Below, in pieces: positions 28,379 through 37,756 of a DNA stretch of 64,000 nt. The DNA is taken from the NCBI GenBank assembly GCA_964595645.1, contig CAZQQT010000001.1:96001-160000 (forward strand), read 5' to 3'. The translations under genes were made by a program, and so were the position numbers. A model generated the notes under the pieces. The model ran no database searches and was not told the origin of the DNA. It saw nothing but the letters and a program-made list of their open reading frames with translations. Source of the DNA: an uncultured Thermococci archaeon (GTDB taxonomy: Archaea > Methanobacteriota_B > Thermococci > Methanofastidiosales > B48-G16). The stretch's first letter is position 1. Each line of letters starts with the position of its first letter.

Positions 28379-28867
28379 ATGATGAGATGTGAAATTTGCG
28401 GGAAGAGAATTAGAGGAAATGCGAAAGAAGTATACGTAGACGGCGCAAAGCTGGAAGTATGTAAAAGATGTGCGAAACATGGAACAGCAGTTGAGCCTCA
28501 CGAGAAGAAACGATCCCGTTCTAGAAGTAAAAAAGGAAAGAGTGAGCCCAAAAAGAAAAAAAGCTATTCGAGAAAGAGAGATGACCGGAGAATTATTCCC
28601 AATTACTCGGAGGTGATACGAAATGCACGTGAAGAGATGGAACTTTCACAAAAGGATCTTGCTTCTAAAATCAATGAAAAAGAATCTGTTATTCATCGAC
28701 TGGAAACAGAAAGCATGCTTCCTACCATAAAACTCGCTAAAAAACTAGAGAAGGCCCTCAATATTAAAATAATGGATAAAATATCAAAGGATGTTGACCT
28801 CCCAAAATATGAAAAGGGATCAAAAAGCCTCACGATAGGGGACATCATCGAGATAAAGAAGAAGTAA
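28379..28867 (+). CDS. mbf1: Archaeal multiprotein bridging factor 1
   Basis: CEICG...VCKRC zinc ribbon, HTH (IRNAREEMELSQKDLA), C-terminal LTIGD. Confidence 0.93.
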   Translation: MMRCEICGKRIRGNAKEVYVDGAKLEVCKRCAKHGTAVEPHEKKRSRSRSKKGKSEPKKKKSYSRKRDDRRIIPNYSEVIRNAREEMELSQKDLASKINEKESVIHRLETESMLPTIKLAKKLEKALNIKIMDKISKDVDLPKYEKGSKSLTIGDIIEIKKK

Positions 28868-28992
28868 TAGGTTCCTGCGAACTTTACAAAATTATACAAT
28901 CTTTAATAGGTATTGCTTCAATTTTTTTATAAAAAATTTTTCTAACTGGTATTATTCAAATCAGTTACCTTTGTTAACATTATTATACGAAT

Positions 28993-30538
28993 ATGGAGAT
29001 AAAATATCTTTTAGTAGCTTTCCTGTCTCTCCCCATGATTTTTGCCATTCACACCGTGTCGGCAGAGGAAAAGAAAGGGTATCTAATTCTTGTGGATAAT
29101 GATCTCTTAGGAATAGAGGGAATTGAAGCACTCTCGACATACCACAGTGCTGAGGTTATCTATAAAGATCTTGGATCGGATCCAAGTTTCTCAGATATCA
29201 ACCGTATTTCACCGAAAAAGGATATACGATATCTCTACAGGATTTTATCCTGTGACGGATGAAAAATCATGTGAACAATGGGCGTCTTCTATTGTAGAGC
29301 ATCCATATCCTCCGCGGAAAAAGGCACTGTTTATTACTTCCGTGACAACGTCAACGAATAAAGTGGTTCAGGGGGAGTGCAATTCAGAAGCTTTCACGAT
29401 ACATTTTTTTGGAAGGGGCCGAGATAAATGAATCTACGGTAGTATCATCAATAAAACAGGCGGATTTTGTTTGGATGGAAGGACATGGTGGGGTGGTCCT
29501 ACAGGTGTCAATCTCGAACGGTATCAGTTCAACGATGAGAGTGTCCACGATTCATGGGGGAAGATATTCATTTTTGAGTCGTGTGATACAGGATGTATCT
29601 GGACCACAATGGATCCATTGGTACTCTCCCTTCTTTCCAGAGGAGCCCATGCCGTTGTTGGGTCTGTCGATATGGGTGGTGTTGGAGCAGTACAGGAGAG
29701 TACATCGTACTACTTCACCACACCCTCCGTTGATGTGGGAACAGCAGTACTGATAAATAATGCATATTTTACCACAATGAAGATTTCTGGGTACCCAAAG
29801 GCCGTTCTTTTTGGCGATCCATCTGTTCACACATTCAGCTCAGAGGTATTCCACATAGAAGAAACGGACAATGGATATGAGATAATAGACAGAACAACGA
29901 CACCACAGTTTGAAAAGATACTTCTTCTCCCGTCAACGGGTTACAGTTTCCTCTTCCCGACGAATAGAGGATATACATTCGCGACCTTCGCTGGATCGGG
30001 AGAGTTTAAACGAGGAATTGTTCCAACGATCACATATCTTTTTCCTCATTTTCGAAGATTTTTTAGTCCCGTGGATATTCTGGACAGTGTTGTTACGCGG
30101 ATATTTCCTCTCTTCATTCTCTTTGCAGCATTCATGGGATTCTTTTACCGAGACAGGATTAGAACGGTAGAAAAAAGGCAGGCAATGGTATTTGTGCTAT
30201 CATCTTTTTCAACACTTCTCTGTCTCATTTTGGTAGATAAAGCCACTGATACTATTGTGTTAGCAAGGCTTTTTCTTATATTTTTATCAATATTGGCAAT
30301 TATTTACTGTTTTGACACTTATAAAAAGAAAATTTTTATATCCACATTATTTTTCTTTCTTCCTTCTGTTTCTATCCTCATTTTTGCATTTTTAATGGAT
30401 TTTATCACGTTTCATTACTCACTGTTTATGTTACTGCTACTGTTTTTTGTTTCTCTTTTTGCCTCGGTTCTTCTTATAGGAATTTATCAGACGATGAAAA
30501 CACTTATACAGCGGATCGTGCAGCGTGCCACTAGATGA
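28993..30538 (+). pseudogene. Frameshifted C25 (gingipain-like) cysteine peptidase with C-terminal TM region
   Basis: Four overlapping ORFs join into signal peptide - MEGHG (His) - FESCDTG (Cys) - LFGDP - about 5 TMs; shifts near 29215, 29405 (T run) and 29490. Confidence 0.65.
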
Positions 30539-30666
30539 CCTCCTTGAGCCACCCCCAAATACAGGGATTCTATATAGGGTAAGTTCCTCTACATTCTTAA
30601 CAGTTATAATATCTTTTATTGTCTGAATACAACATGTAAGAACGCACGTTGTTTGTAAGATTATAC

Positions 30667-30681
30667 CGAAAGCTTTAAATA
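30667..30681 (+). promoter_or_regulatory. BRE/TATA promoter of the histone gene
   Basis: CGAAAG-C-TTTAAATA upstream of GAGGTGA SD and ATG 30731. Confidence 0.6.
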
Positions 30682-30730
30682 CCCCTTTATTCTAGATTCC
30701 ATTAGTATAAAAAAATAAGAGGTGACATAA

Positions 30731-30934
30731 ATGGCAGTATTGGCAAAAGCTTCAGTAGACAAGCTCATTAGGAAAGCAGGTGCAGAGAGAGTTAGTGAAG
30801 ATGCATCAAAAGAGTTAGCAAAAATACTGGAGAAAAAAGGTGTTGATCTCGCAAGAGAAGCGATTTCCCTTGCAGAGCACGCCGGACGAAAGACTGTAAA
30901 GAAAGAAGACATTGATCTTGCAACAAGAAAATAA
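30731..30934 (+). CDS. Archaeal histone (HMf/HPy family)
   Basis: KLIRKAGAERVSEDA...HAGRKTVKKEDI. Confidence 0.97.
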   Translation: MAVLAKASVDKLIRKAGAERVSEDASKELAKILEKKGVDLAREAISLAEHAGRKTVKKEDIDLATRK

Positions 30935-30939
30935 GAATC

Positions 30940-30962
30940 TCTTTTTTTCTTTTTATTTTTTT
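30940..30962 (+). terminator. T-rich archaeal terminator after the histone gene
   Basis: TCTTTTTTTCTTTTATTTTTTT immediately after the stop. Confidence 0.5.
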
Positions 30963-31001
30963 CATACGGAAAATATTTATTAGAGACTTTCCACTATTGT
31001 A

Positions 31002-32567
31002 ATGATGTGTATCGAGCGTATCCTGGACGAGGGCGAACGAGATAATATAGAATTTAAGTCCTATCTCAATAGTAGGCATCTATCAAAGGAAAGAAAGCAG
31101 AAACTTGCCTCCCAGATGAAGTACAGACTGGAGCAGGGCAATGGTATAGCATACTATATTATCGGTGTCTACGACGATGGGAGTGTCTGCGACCTGTCTG
31201 AAAAAGAGCTTCTGGAAACATTAAATGTCATAGAGAAGGTGGCTGAGGAGGCAGGTGCAGCGATATCGGATATTGAGAGATTTAATGATAACGACACCTT
31301 CGCCCGGATTACAGTAAATAACAATCACGAAATACGAAATAAGAGTCATATCGTCATTGGTACCTTAGGGCATGTTGATCACGGAAAATCGACACTTCTC
31401 GGCAGTTTAATTACAGACGAAAAGGACAACGGAGCGGGAAAAACAAGAATATTTCTGGATTTTTTGCCCCATGAGATCGAGAGAGGGCTCACTGCCGAAA
31501 TCGCCTACACCGTCTACGGGTTTGATGGGAATGGCGAACCCATGAAACTCAGGAATCCGCTGAACAAGAGGGAAGTTGCCGGTGTAGTAGAGAATGCAAA
31601 GCGGTTGATATCGTTTGTCGACTGTCCCGGTCACGCTCCATGGCTTAGGACCACGATCCGGGGAATTCTCGGTCAGAAGGTGGACTATGCGCTTCTGGTC
31701 ATCGATGCATCGGAAGGAATCACCTCGATCACGAAGGAGCATATGGGCATCGCCATGGCGATGGATATGCCAATGATTATTGCGCTCACGAAGATGGATC
31801 GGGCACGTGAGGATGAGGTAAAAGAGATCGAAGAAAACCTTACCATCATGCTTAAAAAAATGGGCAGAGTCCCGTACAGGGTAAAAAGTACACCAATCGA
31901 GGTTACAAATGAAAAAATCGTACCCATTGTAGAGACATCGGCGGTGACCAAGGAGGGGTTCGATCTTCTCGACAGACTCCTCTACGCACTTCCAGAGATG
32001 AATAAGAAGCCTGAGCAGTTGAAAAAACCGTTTTTAATGTACATCGACAAGGTGCACTCCATTAAGGGAGTGGGCACTGTGGTGACCGGGAGGGTGCGGC
32101 AGGGAGTTGTGGAGAGTAATACAGCGCTCTATCTCGGCCCCTTTGATGATGGATATAAAACGATACGCGGACAGAGCATCATGGAGCACTACCACTACCT
32201 CGACAAGGCGGAGGTCGGAGATGTTGTTGGTATTGCCCTTAAAAATGTAGAAAAAGAAGAGATACGGCGTGGTATGATTCTCACAAAAGAGATGGGGAGA
32301 AGAACGAAGGAGTTCGTCGGTGACGTGTTCATTCTCTCTCACCCAACGACAATAAAGGAGGGATATGAGCCGGTGTTGCATTTGGAAACTATCTCCGAGA
32401 GTGTTGCGTTTGAGGAGATATATGGAAAGGAGTATCTCAGCGTAGGGGATCGAGCAAAAGTGAAAATGAGATTTAAATACAATACCTACCACATAGAAGA
32501 AGGAGAACGATTTATTTTTAGAGAAGGAAAGTCAAAAGGAATCGGTGGCGTAGAGGAAGTTTTATAG
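31002..32567 (+). CDS. Archaeal GTPBP1-family translational GTPase
   Basis: N-terminal NIEFK...QMKYRLEQGNG...IGVYDDG; GHVDHGKST, DCPGH, TKMD; EF-Tu-like domains II/III (FREGKSKGIG). Confidence 0.92.
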   Translation: MMCIERILDEGERDNIEFKSYLNSRHLSKERKQKLASQMKYRLEQGNGIAYYIIGVYDDGSVCDLSEKELLETLNVIEKVAEEAGAAISDIERFNDNDTFARITVNNNHEIRNKSHIVIGTLGHVDHGKSTLLGSLITDEKDNGAGKTRIFLDFLPHEIERGLTAEIAYTVYGFDGNGEPMKLRNPLNKREVAGVVENAKRLISFVDCPGHAPWLRTTIRGILGQKVDYALLVIDASEGITSITKEHMGIAMAMDMPMIIALTKMDRAREDEVKEIEENLTIMLKKMGRVPYRVKSTPIEVTNEKIVPIVETSAVTKEGFDLLDRLLYALPEMNKKPEQLKKPFLMYIDKVHSIKGVGTVVTGRVRQGVVESNTALYLGPFDDGYKTIRGQSIMEHYHYLDKAEVGDVVGIALKNVEKEEIRRGMILTKEMGRRTKEFVGDVFILSHPTTIKEGYEPVLHLETISESVAFEEIYGKEYLSVGDRAKVKMRFKYNTYHIEEGERFIFREGKSKGIGGVEEVL

Positions 32568-32575
32568 GTGAGAAA

Positions 32576-35005
32576 ATGGATAAAATAGTAATAGATGAGG
32601 AACTGGATTTATTATCTTTGGAAGATTACGTATTCATAGGGAGAAAATCGAGTGTATTTGAAAAGTATAAAGATAGAGCGGGGATGTATATTGGCAAAGT
32701 AGCAGAAATGCCTGAGGGTGGTGAGTATTACGGAAAAAATGTACTCGCAGATTCTATTTCCCCCCATGCCATATTTATCTGCGGAATGCGAGGTTCAGGA
32801 AAGTCGTACACCCTGGGAGTACTGGCAGAGGAAATTGCGTTAAAAAACGACGCAGTCGGCGTGATTGTTATCGATCCCATGGGAATATTTTGGTCCATGA
32901 AACAGGAAAATACTGTGGACTCAGAGAGACTGATTCTGGAAGATTGGGGTCTTGATCCCCATGGTATTCGGTCGGTGAAAGCATTTATTCCCAAAGGACA
33001 GAAAAAAGAAGCACCCAGAAGTACGTGGGATGAAATATTCACGATAAAACCCTCGGAACTCACGATTGAGGACTGGTGTCTCACCTTTGGCATGGATCGA
33101 TTTGGGACCATGGGACTGCTTCTGGATAAGGCACTGGACTGCGTGAGGAAAGGCTACTCAACTAAAAAGGGAAAACATATCGAGGGGAAGGCGAAGAACT
33201 ACAGTGTCGATGACATCATTCACGCAATCGAGAACTCGAAGGCGATTCTTTCCAAGGGGAAAGGATTTAAGACCACGACCCGACGAGCACTAATTGCTCG
33301 GCTCAAAGGCGCGAAAAACTGGGGAATTTTTGATGAAAGAGGCACTGAATTAAAAGATCTCTCTAAACGAGGTCAGATTTCTGTTATCGATATTTCTTTC
33401 CTCGATGACAACGTGCGCGCCCTCGTCGTAGGAATTCTTGCGAGGAATATCCTCCATACCCGAAAAATGGTCTCGCGACAGGAGGCTTCCGGCGGCATCT
33501 CGAGTATGGTGGGAGGAATCCCCGTCACATGGCTGCTCATCGACGAGGCACACATACTCGTTCCTGGAAGAGGACAAAAAACAGCAGCGTCTGATGCACT
33601 GCTCGAGTACGTTCGACAGGGGAGACAGCCCGGCTGTTCGATAGTGCTTGCCACACAGCAGCCATCCGCTGTAGACTCACGAATTCTCTCCCAAACAGAT
33701 ATTCTCTTCTGCCATAAATTAGTGTATGGAGACGATATAAGTGCTGTCACACGGCGAATGCCTGCAGAGATCCCCTCCATGCTCAAGAACAAAGAATTTA
33801 TCCAGAATTTACCGGTAGGAATGGCCGTCGTCGGTGATAAACAGAAGGAGAGCTCACGGTCATTTTTGGTGAACATACGCCCGCGAATATCACAGCACGA
33901 AGGGAGAGAGCGGCAGCCCATCTTCGAGATCGATCCTGATGTCATGAGAAAGAATGTCAAAAACATTATCGCCGAAAAGTACGGTGAGGAGAGCAGAACG
34001 GATCTCCAGAAGATCATCGAGATGGTGAACGAGGAGTACAACCTCGATCTGGATCTTGAAGGAATTCTCTACGAGTTACGAGAAGAAGGGAGGATAAAGA
34101 AAGAACAGGAGGAACCGCCGGAGGAAGAGGAGGAAACGACAGAGGAGACGGAAGAAGAAAAAGAAAAAGAGATCACGAAAAGCCCCACCGATGCGATAGA
34201 GACGAAAAAAGAGGTACCAAAACCTGAAGCCGAGCCAAAACTGAAAGAGCTCAACTACAAGAAAGCTCCGGTTCTCACAGGGGATGTCACAGAGGAAGAT
34301 CTCTTTGAGATTGCAAAAAACCACAGAAAACGAGGATTTTTTAGAAGGTCAGAAGCGTTGGAAACAATCTACAGGGTTTACTATCCAGTCTACAGAGTAC
34401 TTTTCGATTATTTCCCTGAGAAGGGTGATTACACAAACCTTTCATGTGTTGTGGATGCTATTACTGGAGAAATTATCAAAAAAGGTAGAAATATTGAAAG
34501 AACACGCGGACTGAGAGACTTAGCATCTCTTGGCGATGACGAGATAAATTTCATGCTGTATTTAATAAAACGGGAACATGCCACACAGATGGAGATAAAA
34601 AACGAAACAAAGCTAAGTAAACGGAAGATAAAGTCACTTTTACGTTCTATGATGCAGGAAGGGCTTGTCAAAATTGAGAAAAAAGGAAAGTTTGAAGAAA
34701 TACGGCCGGCAGGAGAATACGATATCATCTGGGATCCCCGAAATGATGAAGTCAACTTTGAGTATGGCATTACGGAAAAGTTCCTCGATCTTGATGCAAC
34801 GCTTCCTCAGGCAATCACAGAGAAGGAGCTCTCCAGAATTTTGAAGATCTGGGGGCGAACAAAGATATGGAAAACAAAGAGACTTTACTACCCATACTGG
34901 ATCGCATATTACAAGGGGAAAGAATCACGGATTGAGATCTTTGACGGCCTCTTCGGTCAGAAAGACGAGTACGCGAAGCGAATGATTCGGCATCGAATTG
35001 AGTAA
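32576..35005 (+). CDS. HerA/FtsK-like ATPase (DUF87 type) with acidic linker and C-terminal wHTH-containing domain
   Basis: GMRGSGKS Walker A, LLIDEAH Walker B, RQGRQPG...LATQQPS. Confidence 0.85.
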   Translation: MDKIVIDEELDLLSLEDYVFIGRKSSVFEKYKDRAGMYIGKVAEMPEGGEYYGKNVLADSISPHAIFICGMRGSGKSYTLGVLAEEIALKNDAVGVIVIDPMGIFWSMKQENTVDSERLILEDWGLDPHGIRSVKAFIPKGQKKEAPRSTWDEIFTIKPSELTIEDWCLTFGMDRFGTMGLLLDKALDCVRKGYSTKKGKHIEGKAKNYSVDDIIHAIENSKAILSKGKGFKTTTRRALIARLKGAKNWGIFDERGTELKDLSKRGQISVIDISFLDDNVRALVVGILARNILHTRKMVSRQEASGGISSMVGGIPVTWLLIDEAHILVPGRGQKTAASDALLEYVRQGRQPGCSIVLATQQPSAVDSRILSQTDILFCHKLVYGDDISAVTRRMPAEIPSMLKNKEFIQNLPVGMAVVGDKQKESSRSFLVNIRPRISQHEGRERQPIFEIDPDVMRKNVKNIIAEKYGEESRTDLQKIIEMVNEEYNLDLDLEGILYELREEGRIKKEQEEPPEEEEETTEETEEEKEKEITKSPTDAIETKKEVPKPEAEPKLKELNYKKAPVLTGDVTEEDLFEIAKNHRKRGFFRRSEALETIYRVYYPVYRVLFDYFPEKGDYTNLSCVVDAITGEIIKKGRNIERTRGLRDLASLGDDEINFMLYLIKREHATQMEIKNETKLSKRKIKSLLRSMMQEGLVKIEKKGKFEEIRPAGEYDIIWDPRNDEVNFEYGITEKFLDLDATLPQAITEKELSRILKIWGRTKIWKTKRLYYPYWIAYYKGKESRIEIFDGLFGQKDEYAKRMIRHRIE

Positions 35006-35022
35006 GCTCTACCCCTTGTTGT

Positions 35023-35099
35023 TGGAGAGGAGAAATAGAAGAGTTGGTGTCTCCTCTCCTCAAAAAGGAGGTGATGTACCGGGATCACTTCTCCCTTTT
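35023..35099. other. Two adjacent inverted repeats (candidate structured RNA or terminator)
   Basis: GGAGAGGAGA...TCTCCTCTCC (10-bp stem) followed by AAAAAGGAGGTGAT...ATCACTTCTCCCTTTT. Confidence 0.35.
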
Positions 35100-35186
35100 A
35101 AAGGTTTGGGCTATGTGCGGGATTTTTACGCGCATATTACCTCATCAAGTATTTATAGGTAGAAAATATATACTCACAAGATTTTC

Positions 35187-36047
35187 ATGAAAAGAGACGT
35201 AATCGGTAAAAGAATAGCTCTATTCGCAATGATTGTAGTAGTGGTAACAAGCATCTGTGTAGGATGCACGGAGAAGGATGATACCGCTACCAACGAGATG
35301 ATACAGATGATGCCGAAGACGAGTGAGTATGTGATGATCATTGATTTTAAAGCGGCACGAGAGGAGCAAGGACTGCAGGATCTTTACAGTGTTGTCACGG
35401 AAGATTCTACCGCATTTCTCGCGAGTACGGACAGTGTCGATACTATGGCAGTTGGATCGAGTTCCTCCGAAGAGTTTTATTTCCTGCTTCTCCGAGGGAG
35501 ATTCGGTGATCAGATGCCCGCTGTAGAAGAAGGCTGTAGTAGCGTAGAGACGTACAACGATACTGAAATCCTGACTAACTGCCAGGAGAGTGCAGGCGAT
35601 GATGCACGAGTGATCTTCAGCGATGAGATGATCATGCGGTGCAAGGTAGGAGCCCAAGAGACGGTAAAAATGATCGTCGATATTGTGAAGAATGGCGGCA
35701 CCTCAGCATACGAGGCGGATCAGGACATCAGAGATGTCGTTGATAGGTTACCGCCGGAGAGACTCATCACCACTATTGTGAGACAGGGGTATGGGAACAC
35801 ATGGCAGAGTCTCGTTGCAGGATTTTCAATCACTGTACATACAGCGGAAACAGCACAGTTTAAGATAGTACTCAAGTACGCCACACAAGAGGATGCCACC
35901 ACGTACAAGTCCAACGTACTGGATGATCTTAAGAATCAAAATGTCGAGTTATCTGATCTTTCGACCACACAGGATAGCGGGATTGTTGAGATTACGGGGG
36001 TTCTCCCCATGAAAGATATTTCCAAGTTTATCGGATTTTCATCGTGA
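35187..36047 (+). CDS. Putative lipoprotein
   Basis: Signal peptide ending CVGC; soluble acidic body. Confidence 0.7.
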   Translation: MKRDVIGKRIALFAMIVVVVTSICVGCTEKDDTATNEMIQMMPKTSEYVMIIDFKAAREEQGLQDLYSVVTEDSTAFLASTDSVDTMAVGSSSSEEFYFLLLRGRFGDQMPAVEEGCSSVETYNDTEILTNCQESAGDDARVIFSDEMIMRCKVGAQETVKMIVDIVKNGGTSAYEADQDIRDVVDRLPPERLITTIVRQGYGNTWQSLVAGFSITVHTAETAQFKIVLKYATQEDATTYKSNVLDDLKNQNVELSDLSTTQDSGIVEITGVLPMKDISKFIGFSS

Positions 36048-36127
36048 AACCAGCGATTTCTCTCTAATTTTTAATGAATCAAAATATTTACATAGAGTTA
36101 CTTACGTATAATGAATGGAGTGATTGC

Positions 36128-36490
36128 ATGCCGACACTCGTCCATTTTGAAATCCCCGCAGACGATGTGAAGCGGGCGAGAACGTTTTATACCAAGCTTT
36201 TCGACTGGAAAATAGAAACAGCGGAAGGATACCCCGATTACTGGTATGTCACCACGACGGGCGAGAACGCTGTGCACGGGGGCATGATGGAACGACAGGA
36301 TCCGCAGCAGCAGATTGCCCACTACATCGATGTTCCTTCGGTGAGCGAGTACGTGGAGAAGATTGAAGACCTTGGTGGCAGGATACTTGTTCCCAAAACA
36401 GTCGTACCAGGAATGGGATACATGGCGATGTGTCTCGACACTGAACACAACGTTTTTGGTATCTGGGAGGAAGATAAAAGCGCAGAGTAA
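36128..36490 (+). CDS. VOC/glyoxalase family protein
   Basis: VHFEIPADDVKRARTFY.KLFDW...GG.ILVPK..VPGMG...DTEHNVFGIW. Confidence 0.92.
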   Translation: MPTLVHFEIPADDVKRARTFYTKLFDWKIETAEGYPDYWYVTTTGENAVHGGMMERQDPQQQIAHYIDVPSVSEYVEKIEDLGGRILVPKTVVPGMGYMAMCLDTEHNVFGIWEEDKSAE

Positions 36491-36616
36491 TGGTTTCGCC
36501 ACATTTTTTCTTTTTTTCTTTCAACACCCTATCTTGTGTCCCCTCTTTTTAATCACATACAATGAATCGAAACCTTTTTATATATTGAGTTACAGCAAAT
36601 ACTCGAGAGTGATTTA

Positions 36617-37474
36617 ATGAGAAAAATCAAAGGAGGAATAATAGCGGCGACATTTGTTGTGTCGTTATTCAGTGTTCTTTTAGTTCAGTTAATTATCAAC
36701 CCGGTGAGTGCAGAAAATAACTGTGGTATCGTGATCAATGAGATTAATACAGGGGGCGTTGATTGGGTGGAGCTCTACAACTACGGGCCACCGCGGGATC
36801 TTTCTAACTGGCAGTTTTACTGGCAGGATGAACGGGGATAAACTGGCTGGTACACGATCCCTGCAGGATTTGTTTTAGGCCATCACCAATTTGTAATTCT
36901 TCACGAAGACAGTGGAACGAATACTGCAACAGATCTCTATTTCGACAGCAATATTATGTGGACAGACGATAGCAGCGATGGTATTGCCGGTGCTCTCTTC
37001 AACAGTAGCGGAAAATGCATAGATTACTTCAGAGCAGAGGGGTCGACAGATGTCCCACCAGCAGGATCATGGGGTAGCCCCGATATGCCGTATCCTGTAT
37101 CGGATAATGTCGGCTACAGAAACTCCGATACGGATACAGATACAGGTAACGATTGGACTGTGGGAGGATCAAACACTCCACTTGCTCTGAACCCCGGTCA
37201 AACTGGTATTTGTATATCAACAGTCAATCCCGTCGTTGCGTTCATGCCTGTAGCAAATCACCATCTACGAATGGTACTAGTATGCCAACAGTGCATTGAA
37301 GAAAATTTGCCGGAGGACGTCCCAGAGGATGTACAGGATCTTTTAGACGAGATGCAGACCCATCTCGACAACGCGAACACAACAGGGAACAGCGTCTACG
37401 CGAACAATGAGCTACTGAACGCACTGGACTGCTGTGAGTCCATCCAGGAAAAACTCGGTATTACCTGCTCGTAA
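36617..37474 (+). pseudogene. Secreted lamin-tail-domain protein interrupted by an in-frame TAA (36839-36841)
   Basis: IVINEI...DWVELYN...DLSNW, then the same frame continues after the stop (TGWYTIPAGFVLGHHQFVIL) into ORF 36956..37474. Confidence 0.75.
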
Positions 37475-37599
37475 CTTTTTCTTTTTTTCTTATAACGTTG
37501 CCACGTCCTCTCTCATCTCGATTTCTGAATTAACGTGATTCTTGTCGGATAGAAATCTAAGATTAGAATATAGGTCCCAAAGCAAGGATATGAGAAAAG

Positions 37600-37674
37600 T
37601 GCTCCCGTCGGGATTCGAACCCGAGTCACAGGCTCGAGAGGCCCGTATGATTAACCGGACTACACTACGGGAGC
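37600..37674 (-). tRNA. tRNA-Glu (anticodon CTC), no intron, CCA not encoded
   Basis: GCTCCCG acceptor stem, anticodon arm CGGGC-CTCTCGA-GCCTG, T-loop GGTTCGAATCC; TTTTTAAA box about 25 nt upstream. Confidence 0.95.
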
Positions 37675-37756
37675 GTACTACTACAACGAAGAGATGGTTT
37701 AAAAATCTTGTCGTGATGGGCGTAACCATATAAATGAAACACACAGAGAATAGATA

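Noticed and set aside
35187-37674. Integrated element at the tRNA-Glu 3' end
   Set aside because: Accessory-looking genes are adjacent, but I saw no integrase and no duplicated tRNA 3' (att) sequence.
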